Shown here in pieces: positions 50,795-64,000 of a stretch of 64,000 nt of DNA. Both the position numbers and the translations under genes were made by a program. Source of the DNA: Trichosphaerium sp. ATCC 40318 (lineage: Eukaryota; Protista; Tubulinea); assembly GCA_038496445.1 (NCBI GenBank), contig JALMLS010000414.1:171395-235394 (forward strand), in the 5' to 3' direction. The notes under the pieces are model-generated. The model saw nothing but the letters and a program-made list of their open reading frames with translations, was not told where the DNA came from and ran no database searches. The stretch's first letter is position 1. Each line of letters opens with the position of its first letter.

Positions 50795-53378
50795 ATGGGG
50801 TGCTGTATTTCGTCACTAGATCCAACCAACCAGGAAATTGGCAGGCGAATAAAAAAGGATGCCAACGAAATGAAAAACAACATCAAGTTATTGTTGCTGG
50901 GTACAGAAAATAATAAAAAAACGGCAAAAAAATATTATAGGGGCATTAACACCAAAAAAAAAAAGCACCACCCAAAGGGCGCCTCAGAAACGCTCAAACG
51001 CCATCAACCCATTTGAAAACACGAATCAACCAATATGAAATAAAAAAAAGCAAAAAGGGTAAAAAAAAAACCAAACAATCTGTTATTGGGCAAATTAGAC
51101 TTTTTTTTTCGCTTTCTGACGTGACTGGGGTTGATGTCGTTTGGGTATCATTGCGATTTTTTGCTTTTTGGCAAACCTGTTGCCTTTATCATTTTTTTTT
51201 AATTATTGACCCCTTATGTAATGGTGACGCTTCAATGTAACGTATATTATAGGCACCGGTGGCTCTGGGAAGAGTACAATCGCCAAACAGATGAGAATTA
51301 TTCATGGCGTGGACTTTAACCCAAGTGAACTCGAGCAATTCAAAGAGATATTACACAGCAATATTATAGTTTCAATTAAATCGTTGATCCATCAAGTTGA
51401 ACGCGCAGGGAAAGAACTTGCTGTAAAGAATCATGTACGTCACGTGGAGGAAAAAGCATTCTCTCATTTCGTACTCCTAAAGCATAATTTACGCCGTATC
51501 TACACTGTACAGCCAAAACAAGACGCCAAAAACAGTGTAGATTGGATTATTTTTCCCTTTTCAAAAAAAGTTGTTTTTGTTTTAATCTTAAAAAAGAGCT
51601 GATAGAATAGGCATCTAATTAACCTATTTGGGTTGGTATTTCCTTTTTTTTTTTGATAAATGAAAGAGCGCTCGAAAAAGACAAAAGAGATCTAAAAAAA
51701 AAATATGAAAAAAACTCTAAAACGCCACTTTGTTACAAACTATTTAACAAATTAATACTATAATAACGACAACCTATCCATTGAGCATACGGGCGGATAG
51801 TTTTTAAATTAATTTGGCTTCTTTAATCCTCTCACAACGACATTTCAAGTTTTGTTTTACCTTTTAGTTTTTTCCTATCCAAAACCCCTCCTTATTATGC
51901 TCTTTTCGCAATAGTTAACACTATTTATTATGCCAGAGATGGCCCGGACGGTTTTTTACGATAGTTATTTTTTCTGCTCCGACACCTTAGCCGGCAAAAC
52001 TTAATTTTGTTTTTTTCTCTTTAGGAAAGTGCTGAAATTATTAAATCCAAGCGCGCATACAAGGTCGATGTGACAGAAGAACTTGTACCACATATAATGG
52101 ATATTTGGAATGATCCAGCAGTAAGAGATATATTTCATTCCGGACAGGGTCATCGCATACCGAGCAGTTGTGAATAGTATGCTTACTCTTTTTTTTTTTT
52201 TCTTTTTCTTCAAAAACGTTTTTTTGTTACGCCAGTTTCTCCTCCCTTTTTTATTATTTTGAATCATAACTCATTTGATGTTGTGGTTGCTTTTTTTTTT
52301 GATGATAGAATCTAAGGTGCTTTGGTACTGACTTTTTTTTGTAGCTGTATCAACAACATTAAGAAGATGTCAAAACCGGATTATATTCCTGATATGGACG
52401 ATATTTTAAATGCAAGACAACGCACAACGGGTGTATTGGAGACTACATTCTTTGCAGATAATTATATATTTACAATGGTTGATGTTGGTGGCCAGAGAAA
52501 CGAGCGACGGTATGTTCTTTGATAACTTAATTTTCACTTTTTTTTTTTGTGTTCACTAATCGCGTCACGTGTGTTATTCTTTGTACCTTTTTTTATCTTC
52601 CTTCTTTATCACCAATATATAAGGAGTGACTGACGTTATATCATAGAAAGTGGCTGCATTGTTTTGAAGGCGTTATGAGCATCATTTATTGCGTTGGAAC
52701 CAGCGACTGTATCCTTATTTTCCCTTTTTTTTTCAAACTTTACTCACAAAAAAGGAAAAGGTATTTTGTTACCTTTTTTGGGTAATGAAATCGTACCTTA
52801 TCCCATCACGTGATTTTTTATTTTTTTTGTTTTAATTTTATTCTCCTTGACTATTGTCAACAGATGATACAATGATGGTCGATGATTCTACAGTTAATTG
52901 CATGGCTGATTCTCTACAACAATTCAAGGCGCTTAATAAGTCTGGATGGTTTTCTAACACGCTGCTCATTTTATTTTTGAACAAAAATGATCTGCTCAAA
53001 GAGAAAGCCAAAGTTATAGACCTCTCTGTATGCTTTCCAGAGTACAAAGGTGCGTACTATATAATTTATAAAAACACCTTGTTAAATTTTTGACATAATG
53101 AGCAATGTTGCTACTTTTGTCTCAAAAAGTTATGTTGTTTTTTTCTCGTTTTTTACTACGTCTCATTTTGCTAAATTTGTATTGAACTAGGTGGTCTGAA
53201 TTATGACAATGCGCTCAAATATATCGATCACGAGTACCGAAAAGTGATACAGGAAAGGAAAAAAGACAATTTTTATGTACACGTGACTTGCGCCATTGAC
53301 TCTAAGAACATCAAAGATGTATTCGCAGCGGTAAAGAAAAAAATTCTTGACAAAATTATTGATACAGTTTTATTGTAA
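50795..53378 (+). CDS. Heterotrimeric G-protein alpha subunit (canonical motifs)
   Basis: MGCC, KLLLLG|TGGSGKST, ARQRTTG, DVGGQRNERR|KW, LFLNKNDL, HVTCAID. Confidence 0.95.
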
Positions 53379-53623
53379 ACTAACACTTGTAAATTAAAAC
53401 AAAAAAAGCCCAAAACTGCTTAGATAACACATGTCTTGTTTTCTCGTTTTTCCTTTCGTTGGTAGGTGTTGTGGGAACATCCACTCGCAATACAAAAGAC
53501 AAGAAAACAGTTGTTTGAAATCTGTCAATTTAATAAAAATTTTGTTAGTTCTTGACAGACGTATGTGACGATCTGCACAACAAGCAGCCACAATAATACA
53601 ATTACATACAATAATCACACATG

Positions 53624-56600
53624 TCAAAGATACTACATAGCAAAAGTCAGTATGGTAATGTTGCAATAAACTAAGAAACAAATAATGAAGCGTACCAAAG
53701 AAGCTGCGAATACAATATCTCTTTTTATGAGAGTAATCGATTTTGCAAACTTATTTTCCAAATCATGATTACCAATAGCTTTGGCTGCATTGCTGAGCTG
53801 TCGAAGAAGCTCTTCAAGTCTTCTAATACCTCTAATAATACTACCTTCAAACTGCGTTGTAAGTTTACAGATCTCAATAAACTTAGCGCCCTATAAACAA
53901 TAAGTTATATACTTCAGAAAGAGGAGGAGTTTGGCTTGTGTTTAGACCGCGTACCTTTGACCATTGATACAATGCATTCATGAGGTGTGGTGTGAATTTT
54001 GTAGAGTATGCTTCAGGATCAATATCAATCTTTGACTCTTGTGCTACTGTTGCAATACGTTTTGCAAAGTCTTTGATTTTGTTGAAAGGCTTTTCCAAAT
54101 CAGGAGGAATCATGGATTGAGTGCCCTCAGTCTACATCACAGTAAGGTATACATGAATGTGGTCCATGCTTAATGCGTACCTTGGACTCTTCAAACACAA
54201 ATGGTGTCATAATAGCAGGGATCTGGTTAACATCCAGGTCATTAAAGAGGCCATTGAACAGCAAGCCAGTCAAAATGAGTTCATCTGCAGCGTTCACTTC
54301 GCACCCTGTGCGGCCTTTTGTTGTGATAACGTTGTCTTTGGTTGTGTATCCTAATCTGCGTAGTACACGCTTACGGGCCTTTAAATCGTCCTTCAGGATG
54401 ACATCATCCTTACGCCGAATGATTTTTTTGAGGTTTCTAATTTCACGCTCAAGTTTTACTTTCTTCTCGTAAAGAGCATAGTATTCCTTCAGTTTAGGGT
54501 TCTTAAATTCCTTTCTTGTTCCAATTTTATCCTCAAGGGATTCGATCTTACGTATGAGTCTCTTGAAAGTAGAGTCTATAGAAATGTTACATTTCACAAC
54601 AATAAAGAGGAGTCAGCTGAGCATACCTTGGATTCCCATGTCATCCACTGGGTCTAGTATTGGAACACCGTCTGGAAACTTTGCCTTCACTTTATCTATT
54701 GATATGGCTACTGCTTTACGCTCTTCAACACCTCGAATGTCTTTTGGAATGTGAATACGAAGGCTTGAAATATTTTGTATCAAAGGCAACAAGACAGGCA
54801 CAACACTAAATGAACTGTCAGTTATCTCTCCAAGTATTGCATTTCTATCTTTGAATATAACGTACCGCATCTCGTAGTCCTTTTTACTTGTTGCAGGCTT
54901 AGGCACAAACTTTGCAGCGTCTGAAGCCCCTTCAGGCTTTGGTTGACAGCGCAGTAAAATATCTACAATATAAGTTTTTCTGTCAATTGATAAACCATTC
55001 ATGTCTGCGCTAGATGGTTGATTCACACGTGATTGGAAGTTGATTACAGCGCCCCAACCCCATTTCATTTCGCCGTCCTTTATTTGTACGAGCCTGTAAA
55101 ATTTTTATGTAAGTAAACGCACGAAATAGTGTTAGTGTCTTATTGTGTACCTTCCTGGTTGCATGAATGGCAATGCGTGGAGTGGTTGTGTAATGATGCT
55201 TCTGGCTTGGTCGTACATCTTGTTGAGTTGTAACTTGGCTTGATAATATTCCTCAACGACTTTCTCTTCAGGCACAACAATTGGCTCTTTCTCTTTTTCT
55301 AATGCATCCAACCCTGTTCATGATGTGAGCGATGACAACACAAGAAGTGAATCATTACGCACTTGATCGCAGTTGTGGTATCTTTCTGTCAGATTGGAAT
55401 TGATGGAAACTAGCTCTTGCTAGCTGCTCAGGCTTTATACCATCATGTCGTGTTAGATTAAGAAGCATACTGTAACCAATGTTGAAGGCAGACTTGAGGT
55501 TATCCGCCTTTCCTTTAATCATGTTCTTACAAACATCTGGTTCCATTTGCTCATCTACCATCATGATAACAATACCACGTTTATCTCTGTTACGACGACC
55601 CGCACTATTTTCATGAATTTATAAGTAACGGACTAGATGCAAAGAAATTTGAATAAAGTAATCATTACCGTCCACTCATTTGAATGTATTCTCCAGGTGC
55701 TAAAAATCGAAGCCCTTCGCCATCAAACTTCCTTACTTGGGTGAACACGACTGTCTTTGCAGGCATATTAAGTCCCATTGCAAACGTCTCAGTTGCAAAT
55801 AAACATTTAACAAGACCTTCTTGAAACAAGATTTCAACAACTTCCTAATTGATAACATTTTTAGGTAAGACATATCTTGTACAGAACTTGGCGGACCTTT
55901 ACTAGTGGTAGTAACCCAGAGTGATGGATACCAATACCTCGTTTTAACATAGGTAGAATGTGTACGATCTGAGGGAGTTGCCTATCTTCTGGAGCCAAAG
56001 TATCAATAGCATTGTCAAAAACAGTTGCTACTAACTTTTTCTCTTCTTCTAAACAATATTGAGTCTACAATGACAAAGTGTGGCTTTAGTGACTTTTAGT
56101 ACTACGCACCATTATTAAAATCTAGTTTGGTTAATTGAAGAGCCAATGCTTCAACCAGCTTCCTGCTGAAGGCGAACACAATAACAGGATCATATTGTCG
56201 TTCCATTATCATTTTAACTATTTTGTACACATCTGACCCACCCTTCGCTGGCTTATTACCAATAGCGCTCATGCGATCCTTCTTATCAGATGATGTGGAT
56301 GATGCCAAAGAAGCTAAAGCTTTTTGGAAGTTGGCTTCCTATAAAGAGTGGTGTGAGTTCACACTAAACTTCAGTACAGACTGTTTAAAAAAATTAGGGA
56401 GCAGAACCGTACCCTGAAAACGCCCTTCTCATCTACGACAAGATGCAAACCATCTCCGCCAGTTGGAAACAAGTAATGTTGTAAAGGAACAGGCCTCACT
56501 TCGGTGTAGACGACATGTACAGGTTGATTGTGACGATTAGCAATCCATGATGCAAACTCTCTTAACAAAAGTGTCAAGAATAAATTTGGGGTGTGCAAAG

Positions 56601-57694
56601 ACAAAAAATTACTCCCGCTTTGTGTTTACGTACGGTGCGTTTGGAATTGTGGCTGAGAGGAAAACGTATTTAATTTTGTCAGGTAACAAGATAATTGTCT
56701 CTTCCCAAACAACACCACGTTCTCTATCTTTCAAGTAGTGAATTTCATCAAACACAACCCATCCTACTTCACGCAGAACCTAAGTGATCCACTGTCAACA
56801 CCCATACAAGTGCGGAAAATAATAATTACAAAAAAAAGCAACGACATTTCTGCATTCTGTTGTTGCGCTGACTGAACTGCAGTTCAAAAAAAAAAAATAT
56901 GATATCAATACATACCTCTGAACCACGGTACAACATACTACGTAAAATCTCTGTTGTCATAACGAGGCAACTTGCGTTTTGATTAATTGTGATATCACCA
57001 GTCATCAAACCAACGTCCTCAAACTCTTCATGTAATTCTCTGTATTTTTGGTTGGATAGCGCTTTAATTGGGGATGTATAAATGACGCGTTGCTTGTCAC
57101 GCAGTGCCATAGCAATAGCATATTCTGCGACAGCCTATTATACGAAGAAAATTAAATAACGTTGGGTTAGTGACACCAGAGATTTTTTACAGAAAATTTT
57201 TGGTTTTGAGGGTCCTTTGCGCATCAACATAAAGCGTAAGAACGTACGGTTTTACCAGCTGACGTATGCGCCGATACTAACACAGACTCGCTCTGTTCGA
57301 GGCAATCTACAGAGACCTAGACAAAATTAAATCTTTTTTGCCTCATTTGCCGTGTAAACTACTCCCGTACGCGTTGAAATGGATCTAGCGTGAATTTGTA
57401 TTCCCTAGCAGGCGGTTTGGTTGTCTTTGGTTGTATGGCTTTTTTCTTTTTAAATTCGTCCAAGTCCCAACCATCAGGAAGACACAGCTCATGTTTGCAG
57501 AGTTTGTCGTCGTCTGTTGTTTCTGAAGGCGCTGAATGCCTAAAAAAACATTAATTGTGGCCACCACTACGTGGTAGGTCGTACTCCGCTACTTTCTGCT
57601 TTTTCTTTGCTTGTACTGGTACAGAGCCTGTATGTTTACGTTTTTTTGGCTCTGCAAAGTGGTCGAACATTGCCACATCAAAAGGGTCTGTCAT
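53624..57694 (-). CDS. MTR4: Exosome RNA helicase MTR4 (SKIV2L2/Dob1)
   Basis: [62 protein letters not shown] insertion WGWGAVIN, C-terminal [11 protein letters not shown]|YL*. Confidence 0.96.
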
Positions 57695-57942
57695 GGCGAG
57701 CAGAAGGAGTTTTGCACAAAACTAACAATCGATTTTTTTTCTTTTCAATAAAACAGGTTAAGTCAACACTCGAAAAAGGGATTGGTTGCTGAGCACTTGC
57801 AATGAGCGCAAAGTCGTTTGTCTTTTGTTTCGAAGTCTACCATTTATTCTTCACCAATTCGTATTTACAAGGGTACACTTCACACAGGCGGTTAACTAAT
57901 GTCAAAAAAAAAAAAAAATTGCACAAAATTCCGAGTTTCTTT

Positions 57943-60869
57943 TTACTGGGGATTCGAGTCGGCAGATTCCCTGGCTTCTAACTTTAATTCACGCAATCTA
58001 TTCAATGCCTTAAGTCTCTCCACCTCTTCACGTAATCGCTCGTTTTCGCTTTTTAGATCAGCTTGTTTTTGTTTTTCTTTTTTTTTTTCTTCATCTGTAT
58101 TTTGCTGTGGCAATTGTTGTCTTCCTCTGAAATTGCGCATAAAGCCACCTTGTCCAAATAACATAGTAAATGCGCTCGTTTGAGTAGCAAGAGGTCGTGT
58201 TGGAGCTTTGGCAGACGCTTCTGCTGCAGCTTTCTTCTGTTTATCCTTATCAAGTTGGATAACATAAGATAGTTTAGTAAGCAGTTGCTCAGTTTGTTTT
58301 CCTCTCTGCTGTATAATAGCAAGAAGTATGTCACCATAAATCATAAACATTTGCGTTGCCATAAACTTTACAAAAAATCTGCGTGAGTTTTTAGGCAAGT
58401 ATGTGCACATTTTTCTAGCTTTATCTCTATCTTCGAGGCTAAAATAGTACTCATTAATATCAGCAGTTAGAACAAGTACAAAAAAAAAAACTAGAATGAT
58501 AAATTACGTACTCAAACTCTGGTACTTGTAGTACAGCGCGGGAATATTGTTCCATCAAATTACCAAGATAGTCATTAAATTCCTTGACTATACCCTGTAC
58601 AGCCCTTATCTCAACAGCTGAGCTTCTATATGGAAGATTCCATTTTTGTTTCACTGTACTTGCGTTTGTAATAACTTTATGGTACTGTTTCAACCGCCCT
58701 GCAAAGTTTTTAATATTGGGCAAGTACCTTAGCGGTTGATATTCGGGTGGCAAATGCATTTTGTTAGCAGTGACATCAAGTATTATAATATCTTGAAGCT
58801 GCTCCTCAGACAGTTGAGGCATTCCTTGAATTCCAATGACATATGGCACTGAATAAATAGAGTTAGTAAAAAGGCAACTAGCGTTTTTTTGTGAGTAACG
58901 AATGGTACCTGGAGCCTCTAGTATATTGAGATAATGCTCGTGGAATGGCAAAAGTGGTATAAATACACCTTGTATTGCAAACGGGCGTAAAAGGGGAATA
59001 ATTGCCAACCTAAATCTCATTTAACTCATTTGAGCAATAAAACGAATTGGTATAAAGAATAGGTACTTACGAAACAGCTGTTAGTGTTCCTGCATTTGGG
59101 CAAATTACTAAAACTTGACGCTCCATAAGAACGCAAGCAAATAGTTGTAGGATTGTACGAAGTGACAGGAGGCGGAACAATGCTGGTAAGCATAACTCGC
59201 CGATTAATTTATTTGAGTCACCTGCAGGACATGTAAATTCCAGGTTACGTATCTCACCTGGAAGCTTAAATTTAACCTAAAAGTAAATCAGAAGGGTGTA
59301 TGTGGTTTTTTTTTTTTTTTTTGGGTTGAGGTACTTACACTTGTGTTAGGTTGTGGCACTACGCGGGCGTAGTAATTCTCTAGCAAATTAATAGCATCTG
59401 GAGCCAAAACTAAACAAAAGTAAGTGAGTTGTTGTTCATCTTCACCAATTCAAAAAAAAAAAACAGTGACATTTTGACACATTGCAAGTGTCACAGATTG
59501 TGTACTTTGTAGAGATGAACTATGTCCTGTTGCTGACATTCCGCGTGGGCTCATAGCACCGGTATAATGATTTATAGCCATCAAGCGCTGCTTTGCTACA
59601 CAAATGGTAAGGTAAATAGAAAGGAGAGGTTGTACATACCAATCACTGCATACAATACTTCAAAATGAAGCTTTATAAATGGGAATCGTGTTATAAAACA
59701 ATAGCACCTTGGTGCAAATACAAACGATTCGTCTTTCATACCACGTCTGAAAGATTTTGCGGTTTGTTTCATTGCGTCTTGCTGGAGAAATAAAGGGTTA
59801 ACAAAAACTTGCATGAGACGATACATACAGCTGATTCTTTAGCAACCATATCGCTAGTTACAACGCAAACGCCATAAAGTAACTCTTCGCCACCAGATAT
59901 CAAAAACAAGTACGAAGTGGCACTCGTTTCAAGTGCATTTAGGTTACCAAAGAACGCCTACAATAAAAAATTTTAGGTAGGTGGTCTAAAAAAAATTCTA
60001 TTTTACCTGGTTCAAGGCGGTTGATGATTCTGTTCGTGACACAAGCTTAATGGTGTAATCTTGTGGAAAACAAAAATGAGGCACAGACTTCTCGTAGGCT
60101 TTTCTACACGGCGTACAAATTAAAAACATTGAATCAAAAAAAAAAAAACAGTTAAAAAAAAACAATAACAAACACGCACGTTCTAGCGTTGGGTGGGAAT
60201 TTAAACAACACTTTTGAGTCTACGTTTAGATTCGTGGGTGATACGTCTTTAACGCTGTCAGAGTCGACGCCAATGCTCATAAAGGCTTCATAAAAGTGTC
60301 CACCCACAGCCGTCGAGCGATCAGGGATAACAGAGTTCGCCAAGTTAAGATCGGCGGCTTTCTTGTTTGCAACAGCGGTGATATTCGTGCTACTCACTTT
60401 TCGAAGTTGCTCGCCAATATTTTCAACTTTGCCGTAAACAGATGCGCGTGGGTTGGCATTTGAGTGACTGGCCAATGCGCGAGAAGCTTCAACGGCTTTA
60501 CTGCGCACGTTTGGCGACAGAGCTGGTTGAGAAGCCAGTTGGTCGGTTGTACGGCGTACTTGGTTTGTGCTGGTGTTTGATTGCGTATTACGTCTTGCCC
60601 CAACTCTAAAGAACGAAAAAAAAAACCAGATTAGTTAAAACTTTAAAAGGAGGGCGCTGACGCGTAAAATACGTAGCGATGTCCAAAATAAGTTAATAAT
60701 AACCAAAAAAACAACAAACAAAAAAAAAATAAATAATACGGCGACTGAGGCGTTGTAGCGGACTTTGTAGGGGTATTGAACTGTACCTGTTATTGTTTGG
60801 GGAGTTTATGGCACTAGCCACGCTGGTACCAAAAGATACGAACCTCCGTAACCGAGATGGTTCACTCAT
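57943..60869 (-). CDS. DENN-domain (Rab GEF family) protein
   Basis: uDENN FYEAFMSIG..VLFKFP..VPHFCFP; LYGVCV; APRCYCFITRFPFIKLHFEVL; IIPLLRPF..FIPLLP..APVPYVIGI; C-terminal coiled coil. Start inferred. Confidence 0.88.
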
Positions 60870-61324
60870 TGTTGTATGGTCGCGGTTATGCGCTTATTTG
60901 CACGTTTTGCTTTTTTAGGTTGTAATGTAGTACGAGACGCGTTGTGCGTGTTGCTGTGTACCGTAACGTTGGCTTGTTGTATGAGCGTTGTTGTTGCAAG
61001 CGTTAGTACACCGGATTTGCGCTTAACAACAAATTGGCTAAACTTGTGTTGGTTCAACAAAAACCACCTACACTCAAGTGTCAGTTGTACCACTACAATG
61101 GGAGTGTGATATAACAGTAATATGATTATACTGGAATGGATAGCACAAGGTAAAGAAAAATATTAAATGATAAAAAACCACAATGTACAAACACAAATAA
61201 ATACAACCAAAATTACAGCCCACACCCTAAACGCTGCCTCATAAACCCTCATACAACTAGGTTTTTGGGATAGGTAACTCCATACCCTAACGACAGTTGT
61301 TTCCTAAAAGTATAAAGGAAAGTG

Positions 61325-61394
61325 TTAACCCTAACCCTAATATAAGTTAGGGCTGTAAACCTAACCCTAGCCCTAGCCCTAATTATAATTAGGG
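61325..61394. repeat. Telomere-motif cluster with inverted CCCTAA/TTAGGG pairs
   Basis: taaccctaaccctaa-tataag-ttaggg ... ccctagccctag-CCCTAATTATAATTAGGG. A second cluster ttagggtttagggttaaggttacctaaacct lies at 63024-63054. Confidence 0.8.
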
Positions 61395-64000
61395 ATTTAA
61401 TTTGAACCATGCATTACCGCATACCTTATCATATCACTTAAGCCAATTTCGTTTTTTGTACCTTATACGTTGGCATAAATTACCCGATCACTGGTGGTTT
61501 GTAGGATTTTATAGCAGTATACGTCGATTTGGTGAGCCATTCTTTGATTTTTGGATTTTTTTTGATTTTTCCAATGGGATTTTTTTAGCAAAAAATTGAA
61601 CACATTTTTGCTTGGAGGCCGCAGTTACATGATCACCTATAATTCACTTATGCATATACATGTATGCCATTTTGCTCAAAGAATCCAATGCATTCATCTA
61701 TTTTATCATACCTATCCATCATGAATAGTTATTAATTCATTTATATGTTTTACCTTTTATAGCATATGTTTTCGAAAATGGTCATGGCCAACAACATGAT
61801 GGATCAATGGCGACTGAGGATATATAGTACTTGGCATAGTAATAATAAGAAGTATACAGTTTATTTGGTGGGGTGGCATATATGCGATCCAAAATCAGAA
61901 AAATGTAGAAATTTCCTCCATTTTTTCATATTTTAGTGGTCATTCCCCATACCCCCTATGAATATTTACTTTAATTGTTATGCCATCTTAATATACTTTA
62001 TATAACCCTACATAAAAACAAAAATGATGGTTGGATTTGAAACCTTAGAAGCATTTTGAGTTTGTGCCCTTTTTGGCCAAAAATGATGACATCGTTCGTT
62101 GATGCACCAAGCCCCCCATATATTATCTATGGTGTGCGATTCTTCATTTTTCTATTAACAACCATAATGGCATCATCTTGTAATTTACTATATATACATA
62201 GATGATCTTGATGAAGATACCTACAATCATACTTTATGGTAAAAAAACCAAAAAAATGCCATTTTTGCCAAAAACAGCTTTGCCTCCATGATACCTCTTG
62301 ATGCCATATATCTTTGTTATATGGCTACTTTCTATCCATTTGGAGATGTTATCATGGGTGTAAAATTATATTGGCATAGAGCTTTTTATAGTGCCAATAA
62401 TTTTTTTGGTGTGTGTTTATGCAATTCATCTATTTTGTTGGACTTATATCATATATTTGCAATTTATTGCACATACATGATCTCAAGCATGGTAGTTGAT
62501 GATTTGTGAAACATGAATACAATAGATGTTTTTAATGTAGCGACACAGATGTTTTATTGAGAATTATAGCTTTTTTATTTTTTTTTGTAGTATATATGTC
62601 TATCAAAGCCACTTATGTTAAAATTACATACATAATTGTTTTTATATTTGATTATTAGATATGTAACATACTTTTTATAAAAGAATATATCATCTTAATG
62701 CTAAAATAAAGGTTTTTTCTTAATGTCAACATACAAAAATGCTATTTGTACTAAAAAATGATATAAATAACAGTTTTAATATCATTTATGTTATCATACA
62801 ATATATTTTTATATAGTATTATATTGTAGCTATATAGAAATAACAATGATTTGGTTCTAAATGATCATGGTATTTAGTAGTGATAGCAAATAAATATTTT
62901 TTTCCATTTTATAGTTTTATCCATTAGGGTTGCCTTGATTACTGGCCATGTATATCATCATACATGTAGCGCTTGATGTATCTTATGTCAATATGTCTTT
63001 ATTTATTGTGTATAAAGTATGAGTTAGGGTTTAGGGTTAAGGTTACCTAAACCTCTACTTTTTCGATTTTATTAGATTTTGCTACTTTCATGGCTGTGCC
63101 GCTAGGCACAGGCATGTATTATTATGGTGTGCAGCATCGAAAATGATATTCGTACACTACATGGCCTGTGAGCGACACGTGAACTTTTTTTTTTTGCAAA
63201 TTTTGAAATATTTTTACCATTCAGTTGTGTTTGGAGGTTGCATTTACAAATGTATTTTTAATTACTTTATATATGTACATATATGTTATTAGGCCATATA
63301 AACATGGTACAAGCAATAATTGATTTGTAGGTATCCATAGTGATGAGTTATATAGATGTAAGCAATTTTGAGTTTGTAATTGGCTTTTTTTTTACAAAAA
63401 AAATATGTATGCACACTTCTCATATACACAAAGTTTTTAGTATATCATGTGTAGCTAAACTGTAATTTAAATTCATATCTATACATACATGGCAACATAA
63501 TGAGATATTGTTTATTTTCATATCTATTCATGACTATGAGATATAAAATAATCTTAGGAATTTAATTTGAACCATACATTACCACATACCTTATCATATC
63601 GCTTAAGCCAGTTTCGTTTTTTGTACCTTATACACTGGCATAAATTACCCAATTGTTGGTGGTTTGTAGGATTTTATAGCAGTATATGTCGATTTGGTGA
63701 GCCATTCTTTGATTTTTGGATTTTTTTTGATTTTTACAATGGGATTTTTTTAGAGTGAAAAATTGGATACATCTTTGCTTGGAGGCTGCAGTTACATGAC
63801 TACCTATGGTTCACTTATACATATACATGTATGCCATTTTGCTCAAGGAATCCAATGCATTTATCTATTTTGTCATATCTATCCATCATGAATAGTTATT
63901 AATTAATTTATATGTTTTACCTTTTATAGCACATGTTTTCGAAAATGGTCATGGCCAACAACATTATGGATTGATGGCGAACTGAGGATATGTAGTACTT
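61391..64000. repeat. AT-rich long direct repeat (offset about 2165 bp), likely subtelomeric/satellite DNA or a non-autonomous element
   Basis: 61391-61832 aligns with 63556-64000 at about 90% identity up to the window edge; no credible genes; abrupt compositional change after the DENN gene. Confidence 0.85.

Noticed and set aside
61402-63758. ORFs 61402-61599, 62288-62509 and 63567-63758
   Set aside because: Low-complexity frames within the non-coding repeat.

Overview
AT-rich (roughly 35% GC), intron-containing eukaryotic DNA, most consistent with a free-living protist such as an amoeba. Introns are mostly 40-70 nt with frequent GTAC donors, so the ORF track fragments most genes; gene models below were joined by eye. 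The right part (39-61 kb) is mainly housekeeping and signalling genes: M6PR/ATG27-like receptor, SurE, a catalytically degenerate G-alpha, mitochondrial HslU, a canonical G-alpha, MTR4 and a DENN protein. The left part (0-38 kb) is a fast-turnover region. It holds three of four F-box+MORN-variant genes (the fourth is at 46 kb) plus remnants, an inverted pair of SAM-F-box-LRR genes with near-identical ends and a diverged central LRR, and a 5'-truncated LINE with an 18-bp TSD inside intron 1 of a third partial copy. It also has a class-M-type sirtuin, a candidate HEPN protein, an RTX-repeat protein, a C-type lectin and a claudin-like protein. An ORF-less 1.2 kb stretch (9.9-11.1 kb) appears to be a spliced non-coding host gene carrying at least four intronic box C/D snoRNAs, two of them U18-like. 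The window ends in an AT-rich repeat (offset about 2165 bp) with telomere-motif palindromes and strongly transition-biased divergence.
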